This document shows positions 14,047-26,422 of a stretch of DNA of 64,000 bases, in pieces. Both the position numbers and the translations under genes were made by a program. Source of the stretch: Massalongia carnosa (lineage: Eukaryota); contig OZ287067.1 in assembly GCA_965645245.1 (NCBI GenBank), positions 496,001 through 560,000 of the forward strand. The letters are read 5' to 3'. Position 1 is the first letter of the stretch. Each line of letters begins with the position of its first letter. Below the pieces are notes generated by a model that ran no database searches, had not been told where the DNA came from, and saw nothing but the letters and a program-made list of their open reading frames with translations.

Positions 14047-15163
14047 CCAGACCGTTGATCACCGATGAGATGGCCACCTAACCGTTGTAGCGTTTGGTCG
14101 AATGGCGGGCAGCCAATTGAAGGAATCCGTGACCACGAGCAAGTGCAAGTCCAATCAGTGGGTGTATTTCCGTACTGTAATGCCGTACCAGAGGATTTCC
14201 GCGTATTTCCCTCGTACGTTCTAGTTCGGTCATGGCATGAATAATATCGCTCATTATTACCAATGAGTGCATCGATTTCACTTGCATTGATTTGGGTTCT
14301 GCTTTTCCCACCCAACATTCCCCCCGGGTGGGCCTGTCCAGTGCCTGAGCAGGACGTACTACGTCTTTCACTCGAGGAATTTACATTTGCTGTATTTACC
14401 CTCTTTCGGACCAAGCCCGACCAAACCTGACGTGACCGCTACATTGAATATTCCCATTTGCTTTTTTGCTTTCATTTTACTTTCCTTGTTATACTTTCTT
14501 CCTACCTAAAGGGTCTTTCTATCCACTATCGACGGCTTGCTACCCGTTACTATACATATTTGCTACCGTTGTCACGGCATCATCTACTCCCTTAACCTCG
14601 ACTCGTTTCCGTACCTACTGTACTTTGTTCCTTGCTCGTCTGGGTTCGGGTTCTGTCAGTATTCCCCCCCCTCCCCCACCCCCCCCTCCCTCCTCTTTCC
14701 TTGTCCGTGTCGGTTTCTTCCTCGCCTCTCCTCCGCCATCATTCCGTATCTTGAATGACACATGTGCGGTATCGTACGTGTCCGGCGTATATTACTTGAT
14801 CCATCCAGATTGGAAACATGTTTTAAATGGCAAGTGCCGATCCATGGCGGGGCACGTCCACCAGAAAAGACTTTTAAAATGCTGCGGATCAATCAACATC
14901 TCTTACCACATCGGGCTAGCGTCACCGTGCTTTAGCCCTCGCTTACGATAGACGATAGATAATAAGTCCGCCTAACCCCAAACCGGACCGTCCGCCTCTT
15001 TGAACACCCCGTCCCACCCAACCATCCAACCAGACAATCCATACCCGACCAACGCAAAGATTCGTCTCGCTCACTCCACCAACCCCCCCTTCTTCTGTCA
15101 TTGGAGCAATCCCAGGACAAATATCTTTGCCCGCCAGGCCTGGCGATTCTTAATAAATCAGTC

Positions 15164-17134
15164 ATGTCAAGAAGTCCGACTCATCCTCGTGCGGCCTACT
15201 TTGAAGAGTATAACGAAGAGGCACATACCACCCTTCCCGAGACTCGGCAAACGGCCAACGTGGCTGCCAAGCGATCCAGATTAGACATTGCCAAAGTTAG
15301 ATCTTCCCAGAGCGGCCGCGAGGAAACCACGGATTCCGGGGATTCTAGTCCTACCGTCGCCACGGTCGGGACCGGAGGCTCGTCACGGGAGTCCAAGGCG
15401 GGCAATCCGTCCTTGAAGCTAGACACGAACGTCGCCATGAGCAAGAGGAAGCCCGAGAGCGCGGGGAGGAAATCCGCGAGCACGCCGAAAAGTGCACAGA
15501 AGCAAACGTTGAGACGGACCGAGTCCAGACCTCGAGGCGGGAAAGGTGCAGAAGAGGAGTGCACGTGCGATGACTGCATGAGCACGACACGGCCATCGGC
15601 AACGACACGAAAGTCGTCGAGGCCGACGAGTTATTATTTTATGCCTCGACCGAAACCCGAAGGACCCGTGGCTCCTCCACCAACCAAAACCCCAGCACCG
15701 AAGCCGACCAAGGAAATTCCCGTCATTCAACCCGCTCAAGCTCGTCCTCGAGCCTCGACAATGCAATCGTATCAAGCAGTCCGGCCGGTGAGTTTTCATG
15801 GCGGCATGATGCTTGAGCCTCTGTATATGCCACAGGTCTTTGTCGAACAGCGTCCGATGTCGACCTTCCCCACTCCCCTCCCCTTTCAACCACCGTCGTA
15901 CCCTCCGCCGAAACCCTCCTACTTCCCGGCCAATCCCCAGCCGATCCCGCGACCGCAGGAAGCACCAGCCATGAGGCCGTTCACATACGACTTGCCTCCC
16001 CCACTCCCGCGTCCTCAACCTCGCCAGTGGACTTCGGAGCATCCATCGAACCATCAGCCCATCATCTACAGCGCGTCTCCGATCATGGAGTACCCGCCGC
16101 AACTACATTATCCGCCGCCCCCTTTGCTGTCTCAGTCCTTGCCGCATCGTCCCGTTATCCATCGCCCGGCCACCGTCCCGGACGTAAGTTACTTCTACGA
16201 TGAGGACGCCTACCGCATGCCTCCGCCGCCGCGAGTGAACGGGAGCTCGAAACACTACCGGCCCACCATTCGCCACGCAGTAACCGCCAACACAACTTAT
16301 TCCAACCCCCACGACCGCCGCACCATCCGAATCGAAGACATCGCTCCTGAGCACCTTGACCGACGGAGCCCGCGGAAAACCAGCCCTGAGAAGCAGGACC
16401 GTACTCGTCGACCCTCCATCCCGGGCCGATCCTTGCAGACCCCCGAAAGACCTTTCCCCCGCATCCGCGTGGAGAGCAATAGCTCCGCGGCCGCCAAACA
16501 ACGTCACCGAGCCAGCTACTACGGCCACGAGACCCCGTACGATCTTGAACGCGAAGTCGAAGCCTACCAAGCTTCGACATCCTATGCCGCGTACGCTCCG
16601 TCCCCCCCGTTCCATGATTTCTCCGCCGACTCCCTCAAACTCGTGCGCAAGAAGCAGCATCACGGGGGAGGCAGCGACACCGCTAGCCGCGTATCCGGCG
16701 AGGGCCGAGGCAGCCGCGATGGGAGCGAGGTGAAACCCCGCAATTCCACCGATCGTCGCAGCGACGTCAAGACCCGCAATGCCACCGCCGGTAGCTCGAG
16801 TGGAAACGAAAACGAAGGGTTCACCATGCGCTTCAACGCCTCGCAGGGCGTCAACGTCGACCTGAAAGGCGGGGGCGAAGGCCGGACGATTAGTCTGCGG
16901 CAGAGCGGGGAGGAGGATGGAGGGATGGAGCTGAGCATTGGGTCCCGGATGGGGAGGGAGAGGAGTCAGAGGGGTAAAGCCGCGTACCTGGACGGTAGCG
17001 GGGGTGGCGGAGGTGGCGGAGGAAGGGAGTTGGAGTATGCAAGGAGCGTTGGGAGGGAGGGAGGAGCCGGGAGGGAGGGGAAGGGAGGGACGAGTCGGAG
17101 CCGGAGGAGCAGTCGGAGTGGATATGCTGGGTGA
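15164..17134 (+). CDS. Pro/Ser/Arg-rich, probably disordered fungal hypothetical protein
   Basis: Uninterrupted ORF of about 656 aa from ATG 15164 (MSRSPTHPRAAYFEEYNEE) with a CTCDDC motif; no catalytic motif recognised. Confidence 0.78.
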   Translation: MSRSPTHPRAAYFEEYNEEAHTTLPETRQTANVAAKRSRLDIAKVRSSQSGREETTDSGDSSPTVATVGTGGSSRESKAGNPSLKLDTNVAMSKRKPESAGRKSASTPKSAQKQTLRRTESRPRGGKGAEEECTCDDCMSTTRPSATTRKSSRPTSYYFMPRPKPEGPVAPPPTKTPAPKPTKEIPVIQPAQARPRASTMQSYQAVRPVSFHGGMMLEPLYMPQVFVEQRPMSTFPTPLPFQPPSYPPPKPSYFPANPQPIPRPQEAPAMRPFTYDLPPPLPRPQPRQWTSEHPSNHQPIIYSASPIMEYPPQLHYPPPPLLSQSLPHRPVIHRPATVPDVSYFYDEDAYRMPPPPRVNGSSKHYRPTIRHAVTANTTYSNPHDRRTIRIEDIAPEHLDRRSPRKTSPEKQDRTRRPSIPGRSLQTPERPFPRIRVESNSSAAAKQRHRASYYGHETPYDLEREVEAYQASTSYAAYAPSPPFHDFSADSLKLVRKKQHHGGGSDTASRVSGEGRGSRDGSEVKPRNSTDRRSDVKTRNATAGSSSGNENEGFTMRFNASQGVNVDLKGGGEGRTISLRQSGEEDGGMELSIGSRMGRERSQRGKAAYLDGSGGGGGGGGRELEYARSVGREGGAGREGKGGTSRSRRSSRSGYAG

Positions 17135-19229
17135 CGGTTGATCCAAAGATGATCGGGCTGTTCGGGCTGTTCGCAGGTGGATGGGGGATTAAATTGTTTG
17201 TCGCGTCTGATTTTCGTCCTTGTTTCTCTTTCCCTCATCTCTCACAATCTCCCCTTCTCTTTTCGGCATTTCCTCTTCTCTTTTCGGCATTTCCTCTTTT
17301 GTGAAAAAAGACTGTCTTCGTTCTCAACTTAATTTTTTTTTCTGGAAAAGCAAGCAAGCCAGCGAGCGAGCACAGCGGTGGTTTTTGATCAGTAAAACCT
17401 TTTCTTTTTACTTTTTGGCCTGTTTTCTCGCATTCCTTGTAACGGCTATCACGGCTTTTTGCTTGGGTTTTTGGTTGTTTCGTTTTGTTTGATTGGTTAT
17501 ACACATATGATGGATGATGAGAGAGAAGAAGATTGTATTGAGATGAGACCAGATGAACGAGATAACTAGAAGCGGAAGAATAGAAAGAAAAAAATATCGG
17601 TTGGAAGTACAATAGCTGTTGAGAATGAGAACGAAGCGTTGTGTTGTGTGTGTGTGTGTGTAATTGTGTGGAAAGTCTTCGATTGTACTGTTTTTCTTGT
17701 TTTTAATATTCTCATTCACAATCTTCATCTTCTTCTCCCATCCTTCTTTCCTTTCTTTCTATCTTCCATCTCCTATCCTCTACTCAACCGTAACCAACCC
17801 CCCCAAAAAAACAAACACAGAAAAAAATAACTCCGATCAACAGAACCCCGCCGAAATTCCCCACCATGGGGCATTTCGAGACTTGTTACACATATCTAGT
17901 CGAGGGTCGGGAAGGCCCGGAGGAGGGGGAGGAAAGGGGTTGGCGGGGTGCTGTTTTGGGATGTCAGGATTTCTTTTCTTTGGGTTCTTGTTTGTTGATC
18001 TCTTTTTCTCAAAAAAAACAAAATAGTTTCGTGGTTAAATATTTTTCTTTCGTTTACATTTCGATTTCAATTCCAATTCATTTGTTCATTAATTGGTTTC
18101 TCACGTCTTTTCACGATTTCTCTCTCTCTCTCTCTCTCTCTTATTATCTCCTGACTAGATCCTCCCCCCGCGAGATCTGTCCTCTTCGATCAATCATTCC
18201 AATAAGCCAAGCAGTCAATTTCTCTCATTATCTAGTCCGCAAGCCTTGGTTACATATCTCTTCACAAACGCAGTACACAGTCTTTGGGATCTTATCGACT
18301 GGGCAGAAAGTTCGCCGTGGGGGGGGTTCTGTCTTTAGCAGGTCAACCGAAATCGTGTGGCAGACTGTGTTGACCTCCTTGATGATATGCACGTCTTCGG
18401 AATTGCTACCCATCAATAGTCGGATCTGGCTGAAGGGTGGTGCTTCTTGGACGTGCAGAAAAAGAGTAGCTCCTTAATTACAGTGTTTCACAAGGAGTCA
18501 AGCGGAACAGCGTCTTCTGTTACATGGCGTTTGTTTGCCTTATTATCTTAGCGCCATAGTTACTCACGACATGGGGATAAGTAGAACAGCGAATTAAGTG
18601 TGATAGTCAACAAGTATGTAAGCTTCAGACACCCCTTAACGAGGTTGAGAAATGCGGAGCAGAAGGTAAGGTTCGTTGCGATTATCGAAAGAGATCATGA
18701 TTGAGACTGGTTTTTGTTTTGTTTTTATATTGTTAAAGAGCATTTTAGTTACATAAAACTCGTTCTCTCAGGAAGAGCAGTCCAAAAGTTAGCAACGTAC
18801 TAAATTTCTTCAGCTGTCTTCAGAAGTGTGTGGGAAAACAAGGACGGCAAAAGAAGGTGTCTTTGATGACGCTAGGATTTAGACTCGAGTCCCATGAAAT
18901 AACAACTCAAAATCTTTACTTCGAGCTTCCAGTACCGTTTGATCAATAATCCAGATGCTTGTCAACGTCTTTTATTTTAAAAAGATTAGAATCAGTCAGT
19001 CAGTTGTAATCCACTTATTCTTCTAGCGAAAGATAAAATCTTATCAGAGCAGAAAAGGCCGACTTTCAAAGTCAGGAGAATGCTTGTTTCCTTCTTTTGT
19101 CAAATGAAAACTGCCAGCCTCTAACTCGTGCGTTATTTTGCGATCTCTCGAAGCCCGTTTCGTGTGCGCGCGGTCTCGTGATATGAGAGCATGGCGAGGA
19201 TGAGAGGTGGTGTTCTAAATTGAGCATCA

Positions 19230-19740
19230 CCAACTCCGTCCCCTTCAAAAGCTATGTTGCTTTCTTCTTCCACGGCGCGCTGGCAGGGCCGTTACTGTAT
19301 GTTACTGGGGCAGGACCGACGGGTTTCAAGGCCGGTAAATCAAGTGTTGCCTTTCAGAAACCAACTACGCCGGTGCGAGCTCTTCCGAGCCTGAAGTTTT
19401 GAGCCGAGGCAAATAAATGCCATAGAAGCTCATTCACGAATCCTCGCTGCCTGTACAGAGTGCTCTAGGATGGGCTTGTTGCTGAAGCGCAAGCGCTCAC
19501 AAGCCCCGTCCCAGCTCGTGGTTTTAGTCACCTACTTGCAGAGTGCCTGGGTTGGTGATTACCTACGGAGCCAGTGCCGTAAACACGGCTGTTCGGATTT
19601 TTGAGGTAGCCGCCAAGGCCGTGAGCGTGGGAGCAAGCCGCACAGAATTCGTAGGCGGAGACGGGAAAGAGGTGGAGATGGGAAGAAAGGGATTGATGGA
19701 GCAGGGGGAAAAGGCCATGGAAGCTATGATTGGGCTTTGA
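19230..19740 (+). pseudogene. Frameshifted remnant of an Ifi-6-16 (IFI27/ISG12)-like Gly/Ala-rich membrane protein
   Basis: Pieces in different frames read GALAGPLLYVTGAGPTGFKA / GLVAEAQALTSPVPARG / TYLQSA / YGASAVNTAVR, matching the recalled fungal pattern GFxxxGxxAGS..Q..V.AGSLF..LQSA.MGGYG. Probable intron from 19335. Confidence 0.4.
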
Positions 19741-21929
19741 CGGGTTTTGGGGGGGGATGGAAAGCCCTTGATACGATCATGAGACGAGCTTTACAGTACG
19801 CTCGAGGGATGCTGTTTAGGTATGTCGGACGATAGGATTCCTAAAGCCAGATAACTAGAGCAGGGTTTCAAGATAATATTCTCAAGCTGAGATACTGCGT
19901 ACTGAAATACCTACAATTACAGAGTAAAAACCCTTAATATCATACCCGCATAAGGTGAAAGCCTTTCCCCCAACATTCAAATAGTTAACGCGGGGTTAGA
20001 TACGAACTCGACGTTTAGTGACACATTTTAGAGAAATCATCCTATACACGTTTTCCAGACCGAAGAAAGCGTGGTTTACAAACTCAACATCATATTCTCC
20101 AACAAACCTTTGTTTTTCTTCATCTTCATCCTCTTCTTCTCATCCTCGCAAGATTTCCTGTACTATTTTAGGGTGTCTGCCGTCTGGTCGGTATGGTAAG
20201 TGTCCATCCAGTATTCCGTACTTTTCGTTCGTATATATAAGAACTTAACCCAGGCTTTCCTTTGTATAAATAGCAAAAGATTTTGGCCTCGCAGCACCAA
20301 TAATGTTCGGGGAGCGCTGAAATCCCCATCAGAACCCTGGGTTCGACCATCTTGTAACCGAGTGTACTGAAACCTGCTCTTGCTCCTATCAAATTTTCGT
20401 CTAAGCTTAGAAGCAATGACCGATTCTTTCCCATAGCTCGACTTGTCCGGGCCAATCGACGAGAAAGCTTCATTTCGCATCTGCATACGCGGGGAAACCA
20501 GAAGCAGATGTGACCAGTGGACGGAGGCCATTTCTGGAATGGAAACCCATGCCCGCAGGAAGTATTCGGCCGCAATGCCCACTAGGATCGAGTGTGATTT
20601 GTGAGATCTTGTCTTACGAGATCCCTGCTGCAGACGCGGTTGAAAAGCGAGATTATAGATATTTAGCCCGCGTTGTTCTCAAGTAATTTCGCTATGGCGA
20701 ACGGTGGTACTCGGACCGAGTGGTATGTAGGCGGTTTAGTCGGAATGTCGTTAGGTGAGGCCGGTCACTAAATAAACACATTAGGGGGCCGGTTCCCGAG
20801 TTGAGTATAGTAATCGGCCGCATATGTTGAAAGAAGCTTTTCCACCATTGCTGCTAGAACGGAGCCGCAATAAGAGGGGTCCCTAGCATACGTAGGCGCA
20901 AGCAAGGGCAGCGGTGGATGGGTTTTTGCCCTTTCGTAGATAGGAATGGGGTCTATACCTATATTGGCCCTAACAGAGGGAGACCGAAATACAGTAGTTA
21001 AGGTTTCACAGATGAGGCCTAGCCGTAAGTTATGACGTCTTCAGAACATGGCCATTTTTGACAGGTAGTTCCGTGCTAAAGCAGAGACTCCTGCAACCGC
21101 GAAAGATTTTACACTCATGCATGTGTACTCCGCAACCCGAAGCAGAAAATCATGTTGTCATAACTGCATGAATCGCTTCAACGCTCTTTGAAAGGCTAAC
21201 CCTTCGCTGGATAAAGATGAGGATGGAGTTAGAGGATGGATATAATTTATCTCTATTAAAACTCCCCTAGCCCATCCTGGACCATATAGAAAAACGAACG
21301 TATTTCTGTGCACCAAGCAGGAATGCAACTTTCTAATCAAGACATAAATCAGACCGTTTAGCCGCAAATTTTTTTTTTAGACACGGAATCTTAAGTAGGG
21401 GGCCGAACAACTCCACTACATAAGTGATCAGCAAAATGGAGCGGCTCGTAGGCATTGTTCAAGCACAGCACTGAAAGCGGCTTCTACCGGATCTTTCTAT
21501 GATGTCTGCCATAAGCATTTCATCCAAAACAAAACACAGTGTTTGAAATGCAACTAGTAGTGTGCTCTTGCATTGGGTGATGTGGCTCACTTCCCAACTC
21601 GCTGCAATGCAGAAAGAAGGAAAAGGCTCTTGTGTCATCCACAATCGAATCATTCATTTCATTGTGTGAGACTAGTGAGAACGTAATTTATAAAACAGCA
21701 TGTGTAAATTGTTCTGGACGACAAATGACATGAAGGGTAGGAATAAAACATTTTCAAGCTTTGGGTTGTTTGGTTTTTGTCGGACTGAGCATGAGGTTCA
21801 AAAGAGAAGTGGATCATTGCTTAGATAGTGCGAAGAGAATAAAACCTGTTACTTCTGAATAACAAAGCCATGAAGACAATAAGTAGTTTAGGACTCATAT
21901 GAACGTTCACGTTTCAAACTCGCTGGCCC

Positions 21930-23400
21930 CTTGGAGTGGCGGAAAGATGCCCTTTGTGGTAGTCCAGTTATGCTCTTAACACCTTCTCTTTTGCTATTGA
22001 ACAACAGGATCTTAAGCCTTGTCTTCAGTTCAAGATCAGACTGCTTTTAGAAGAGCTCCATGAACACGAGTGGCCAGGAAAAGTCTTTCGTGAGAAGTTC
22101 GTGGGTGGTGTCAATGGTCTCAAGATCAGCCATAAGATAAACTACGCCAGGTATAACAGCGAGCACAGAACCAAGCAGGCTGAACCATCCATCCTTAGTT
22201 GAGGCCCTCTGTAGACGTGCGCAGCTCAAGACATGGAACGCGGTGTATATACGCAGATAGGTTCAATCTGAAAGCTTGAAAGAGAAGTATTTCAGTAAGT
22301 CAAGAACGGAAGAATTTTGCGCCGTCGGACCCTCTCCGCTTGTCTCCATGGCTTAAAGTACTGAGTATTTGGCTCTCTGGGGAGCCTCCACTATGTCTAT
22401 GCAGAAATATTTTCCATCAAAACGCGACCAGAAGGTTCCTTTAACAAAACAGGGATGATTTCGGAGTCGATGGCCACGCTTGCAATCATAGCTCAAGTCA
22501 AAATGACGCAGACGTTGATTTTCTCAGTCGCTTGTTCCGCAAAGGATCTGGCAATGACAAATCTGCTGTGGAATTCATGATTTGCGATACTGCAAATCTG
22601 AAAGGTGCAAATTTGTGTCAAATAGGGAACTTGTACTTATTGATTGTATGGAACGCTGAAAGAAACATTTAGTTAGCGAAGCATAATTAAAATACAACCT
22701 ATGTTGGAAAACCGAACAGATCATCAACAATAGCATCCGAATCCTTCAATATTAAAGTGACTTCCAACTTCTCATATATCGACTATAGCTCCGCTTAAGC
22801 TGCTGATGCGGCCAGGTGATCGACTGTACGCGAATAATATGTAATGTTATCAATCAAGTCTCTGTACCGAAGTCTTATAGTGGAGTGAAGTACATGGAAA
22901 AAGGTGTTCTCTTGGTACTACGAGTAGTCTTGGGCCCTTATGAAAAATCTTATGATGTATGCGTACAACCCTTCAACCGCTTGCTTCTTTTTCTCGTTTG
23001 GATATAAATCTATGACGAGCTTGGCATAAGGAAGTGCATCCGCGATCTGGCTAAGACTTTGCTATAGAAGAGATCAGTCCTGGTTCAAGAATGCCGGCTG
23101 ACGGTTAAAAATCTTTTACTCTGAGCAGCAAGAAATCACTTGATCTCCTTTGCTACCGGCTTCGGAAGAGCTTTGCAACTCACCACAAAGAAGAACTTCA
23201 TGGTGCCCCATGCAAGAGCCACATACCCAGGATTATGCTTTGCCAGCAAATCCATGATATTCCTATAGAATTGCATACGGGTAGAGATCTTCCTAGGCCA
23301 CTTTCTTGTTTTCTAGTTATTATGAGAAGCTTCGAAGTTTGATCCAGCATTCATGACTGCCTGCTGGACATCTTCGAAACTTTGCATGACAAAAATTTCC
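21930..23400 (-). pseudogene. Degenerate DUF7708-type / STAND(NACHT)-associated gene, 5'-truncated
   Basis: Minus-strand fragments in order: SFEDVQQAV..KTRKW..FYRNIMDLLAKHNPGYVALAWGTMKFFFV, SQIADALP..LYP..AVEGLYAYIIRF, LQAWPSTPKSSL..VKGTFWSRF, SVLDLLKY, CARLQRASTKDGWFSLLGSVLAVIPGVVYL. Many stops and frameshifts; intron remnants. Confidence 0.7.
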
Positions 23401-23404
23401 CGCT

Positions 23405-24100
23405 GCGTGCATAAACGAGTAACTCAAAGAGCTCAAGTCCTTCGTTGGCAAGGTTTGTAGATAGTTATACCTCCTACCTCATGGCTACGCGGCGGATGTA
23501 CTTTCTGCTCTTAATGTGCGAGGTGAAGTGCGGCGCTATAGCTCTCGATATTGTAGATCGCTAGAATGCTCACAATATGACTCTTGCTGTGAGAGGGTTC
23601 GTCGAACTCTACAAGGCTATGAAGCGCGAAAAACAACTTCATAGGTTTATACTCACCTTTTTGGTCTCACATGATCACAGCGCGGTAAAAATTTATGATC
23701 ATTATCCTCTTATCGAAGGAGATGAAGTTTCCTTTTATCGCCACCTCGTTCGAAAATTTGATTCTACCGAACAAGATGGGAAAGAGAAATGAACGACTTA
23801 CAAGTTCACTAAGATCATCTACGAGGTGTTTGTACCAGCCTACTTGAAGAAGATTCGTATTGCCATCGATGACTCGCCTTCCGGTATAAATTTTAGACTT
23901 TCCCAGTCAGCTTCTTTTGAACAAGAAGCTAAATATCAGAGCTCTCAGCACTCAAACGCTAAATCTATCTCTCTAGTGAAGGGAAATGATAGTCAATCTA
24001 TAGTCTCGTAGGTTCGCAGGACGTAAACACCGAATACGTCCTTTTCTCACAGAACTGAGCGGTTTTTCAAAAAGCCAAGGAATAACCGCGCTCCAGACCA
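23405..24100 (+). pseudogene. Degenerate DUF7924-type (PD-(D/E)xK nuclease-like) gene, C-terminal half only
   Basis: YLMATRRMYFLLLMCEVKCGAIALDIVDR*NAHNMTLAVRG..SHDHSAVKIYDHYPLIEG..FYRH..DGKEK*TTYKFT, with in-frame stops where Q and W are expected. Confidence 0.75.
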
Positions 24101-25084
24101 GTAGCTGAAACATCTGAAGTAAAGGAGCCTCCAACAGTTAAGAGGAGAGTTTTTGTGTTTATGAGTTAAATAAAGGCTTACTTTCTTCGGCTATCCGCCC
24201 GCCATTTGGCCTTGGCTGCTTGGCATCTTGCTTTCGAGGCCGGACGAAAAATGTTCGATGTCATGCTTATGTTCTTCGGTCTATGTTCGCTTGATTCATA
24301 TCGGAAGTTACAATTCCGAAATTTCCCTATTTCCCTAGATTTAGGAGTATAATTTGCAGTTGCTGATCTGAAAAGGCGAAGTAAAATAAGAAAATATAAC
24401 GAGGGCAAGAGGAGTTGAAACTCTTGAGAGACACGAAAACGATTGGACTAAGAAGGGTAAAGAAAGTCGATGAAATAAATGAAATGGTCGGTTTATTAAT
24501 AGGAACTTTGTCTGTTATATATCAGCCTCGAAATTCAGAATCAAGCAGCTTATCAAATTTAGGAAAATGAGCAAACAAAGGCTAGAAATTAAAATCGGGG
24601 AAGGAATGGCTCGTTGCAGGCTTTCGGGATATTGTCAATCGTTCAAGGTATTCTGCTGCACCTCAGGAGACGAGGAAGCTGCAGGTAGATGGTGCACCCT
24701 GAAACACCGCGCAATTCCCCGAATTCTGTAGTTCGTTTACTTACGTCGGTGTTGCAAGCGTTGAAAAGGCAAATACGGAAAGGACTACATCTGGATTTTG
24801 GCAGCAAAACTGTCTTTGAGGATCCCAGGCGCCCAGGCCCATTACGAAAGCATCGCGATCTGCACAAAAATTGTCAATCACGGATTGCTTTGTCTTCGGC
24901 GTCGAATGACTGACTCACAATGTATTCACCGTTGTCGAAGTCGAAATAGGACACGAAGTAAACAGGATAGGAGCACCATTTTTGCATTACCGCTCCCGAA
25001 TCGCTATTGCCAGCAGGCTCCGGAAGCTTGGATGCTAGATCCACGTTATCGCTCTATGGATGGGTGACACTTGGAACCGAGGTA

Positions 25085-26422
25085 CAGTCCCGTGTCAAAA
25101 GTTTCCGACTCTACCCGCGATTTTCGTGATTTCGCGTTTCAACCCCTCCAACCCATCAACTTTGACCTCATCATTTCACCATGCCACGCACTCCGTTGGC
25201 TTCAATTTCTGGTAATAAGCCTCGTAATACCAAATTGAATCAATGTCAAAGAGGTATGATTATTGGAGCCCAGGCGTTGGGGCATGCACCGGCCGAAATT
25301 GCAAAGACATTAAATGTGCCTCGAACCACCGTCATTTACACTCTTCAAAAGCACTCAGAACGCAACAACGAAAAGTCCAAATCGCGATCAGGTCGGCCTG
25401 GAATATTTTCGGATCGCGATAGAAGACGTATCATCAAATTTGCACGAATCAATCCACGCATCACCTATGCGCAGCTGCGTACGGAGGCCGGGGTGCAATG
25501 CAGTCGATCCACTCTCTATCGGACGCTCAAAGACTACGGTATAACAAACTGGCTGGCTAAAAAGCGGCCTTTATTGACGCCCGAGGTGGCAAAGAAGAGA
25601 TTAGAATGGTGCTTGCTTCGGCGTGAGTGGACTTTTGAGCAATGGTCAAAAATTATATGGTCAGACGAGTGTTCGGTGGAAAAGGGGTCAGGAAAATAGC
25701 GTCAATGGATGTTCAGATTTCCGGAGGAAAAATGGAAAAAACTTATGATACAACCGTACGCCAAAGGCAAGGAGGTCAAGGTTATGGTATGGGGGGCTTT
25801 TTGTATGAGAGGAAGGTCAGATCTTTACAAATTGGCCCGCGATTTCGAAGCAAAGAAGATGGGGTACTCCGCGAATTCATATTTGGAATTATTGAACGAT
25901 AATCTGCTTGAAATTTGGGAACCGGGCTTCATTTTCATACAGGATAATGCACCGATTCATACTGCCAAAAAGGTGAAGAAATGGTTCGATGAAAACGGTA
26001 TAACAATCATCGATTGGCCTCCTTATTCTCCTGATTTGAACCCCATCGAGCACGTTTGGTATGTGCTCAAACAGCTCTTTTATCAAGTCAATCCGGACAT
26101 CGATTCGGTGACTGGTAGTGATGCTAAGGTCCGCGAGGTACTTTGGAAAGCGTTGGAAGAAGCATAGGCCTTGATAGATGAGGAAATGTTGAGAAGTTTA
26201 ATAGAGAGCATGGAAAGGAGGATTGAAGCTTGCATCCAATCGAAAGGATGGTATACGAAATATTAAAAATATATTTCTCATCCCAAATTCCTTGCTAGAA
26301 TGTATGTAATCATCGTACCAAGTTTCAAGGCATAAAATAAAAACTTGGTGGTTGATAATTCAAAGCAGTGGGGGGGGTAAAAAGTTGATGGGGAGCTGTC
26401 GGAAACTTTTGACCTAGTACTG
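25085..26422 (+). mobile_element. Tc1/mariner (Tc1/impala-like, DD34E) DNA transposon, full length, inactivated
   Basis: TA duplication at 25083-84 and 26423-24. 25-bp imperfect TIRs: CAGTcccgtGTCAAAAGTTTCCGAC versus CAGTactagGTCAAAAGTTTCCGAC. Length 1338 bp. Confidence 0.95.
25181..26266 (+). pseudogene. Tc1 transposase with two premature stops
   Basis: HTH N-terminus; IIWSDE, FIQDNAPIH and SPDLNPIE with 34 residues between the second D and E; ends GWYTKY*. In-frame TAG at 25697-99 and 26165-67. Confidence 0.93.

Noticed and set aside
12600..15100. Many short overlapping ORFs in a long intergenic region
   Set aside because: No homology cues; consistent with promoter/UTR sequence containing microsatellites.
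16103..17146. 347-aa minus-strand ORF
   Set aside because: Antisense shadow of the 15164-17134 gene; no recognisable motif.
17220..18480. Hydrophobic or Lys-rich ORFs
   Set aside because: Products of T-rich and A-rich low-complexity sequence.
20163..20582. Two overlapping minus-strand ORFs of about 135 aa
   Set aside because: Neither begins at a true ATG in the track and no family could be recognised; possibly an unidentifiable remnant.
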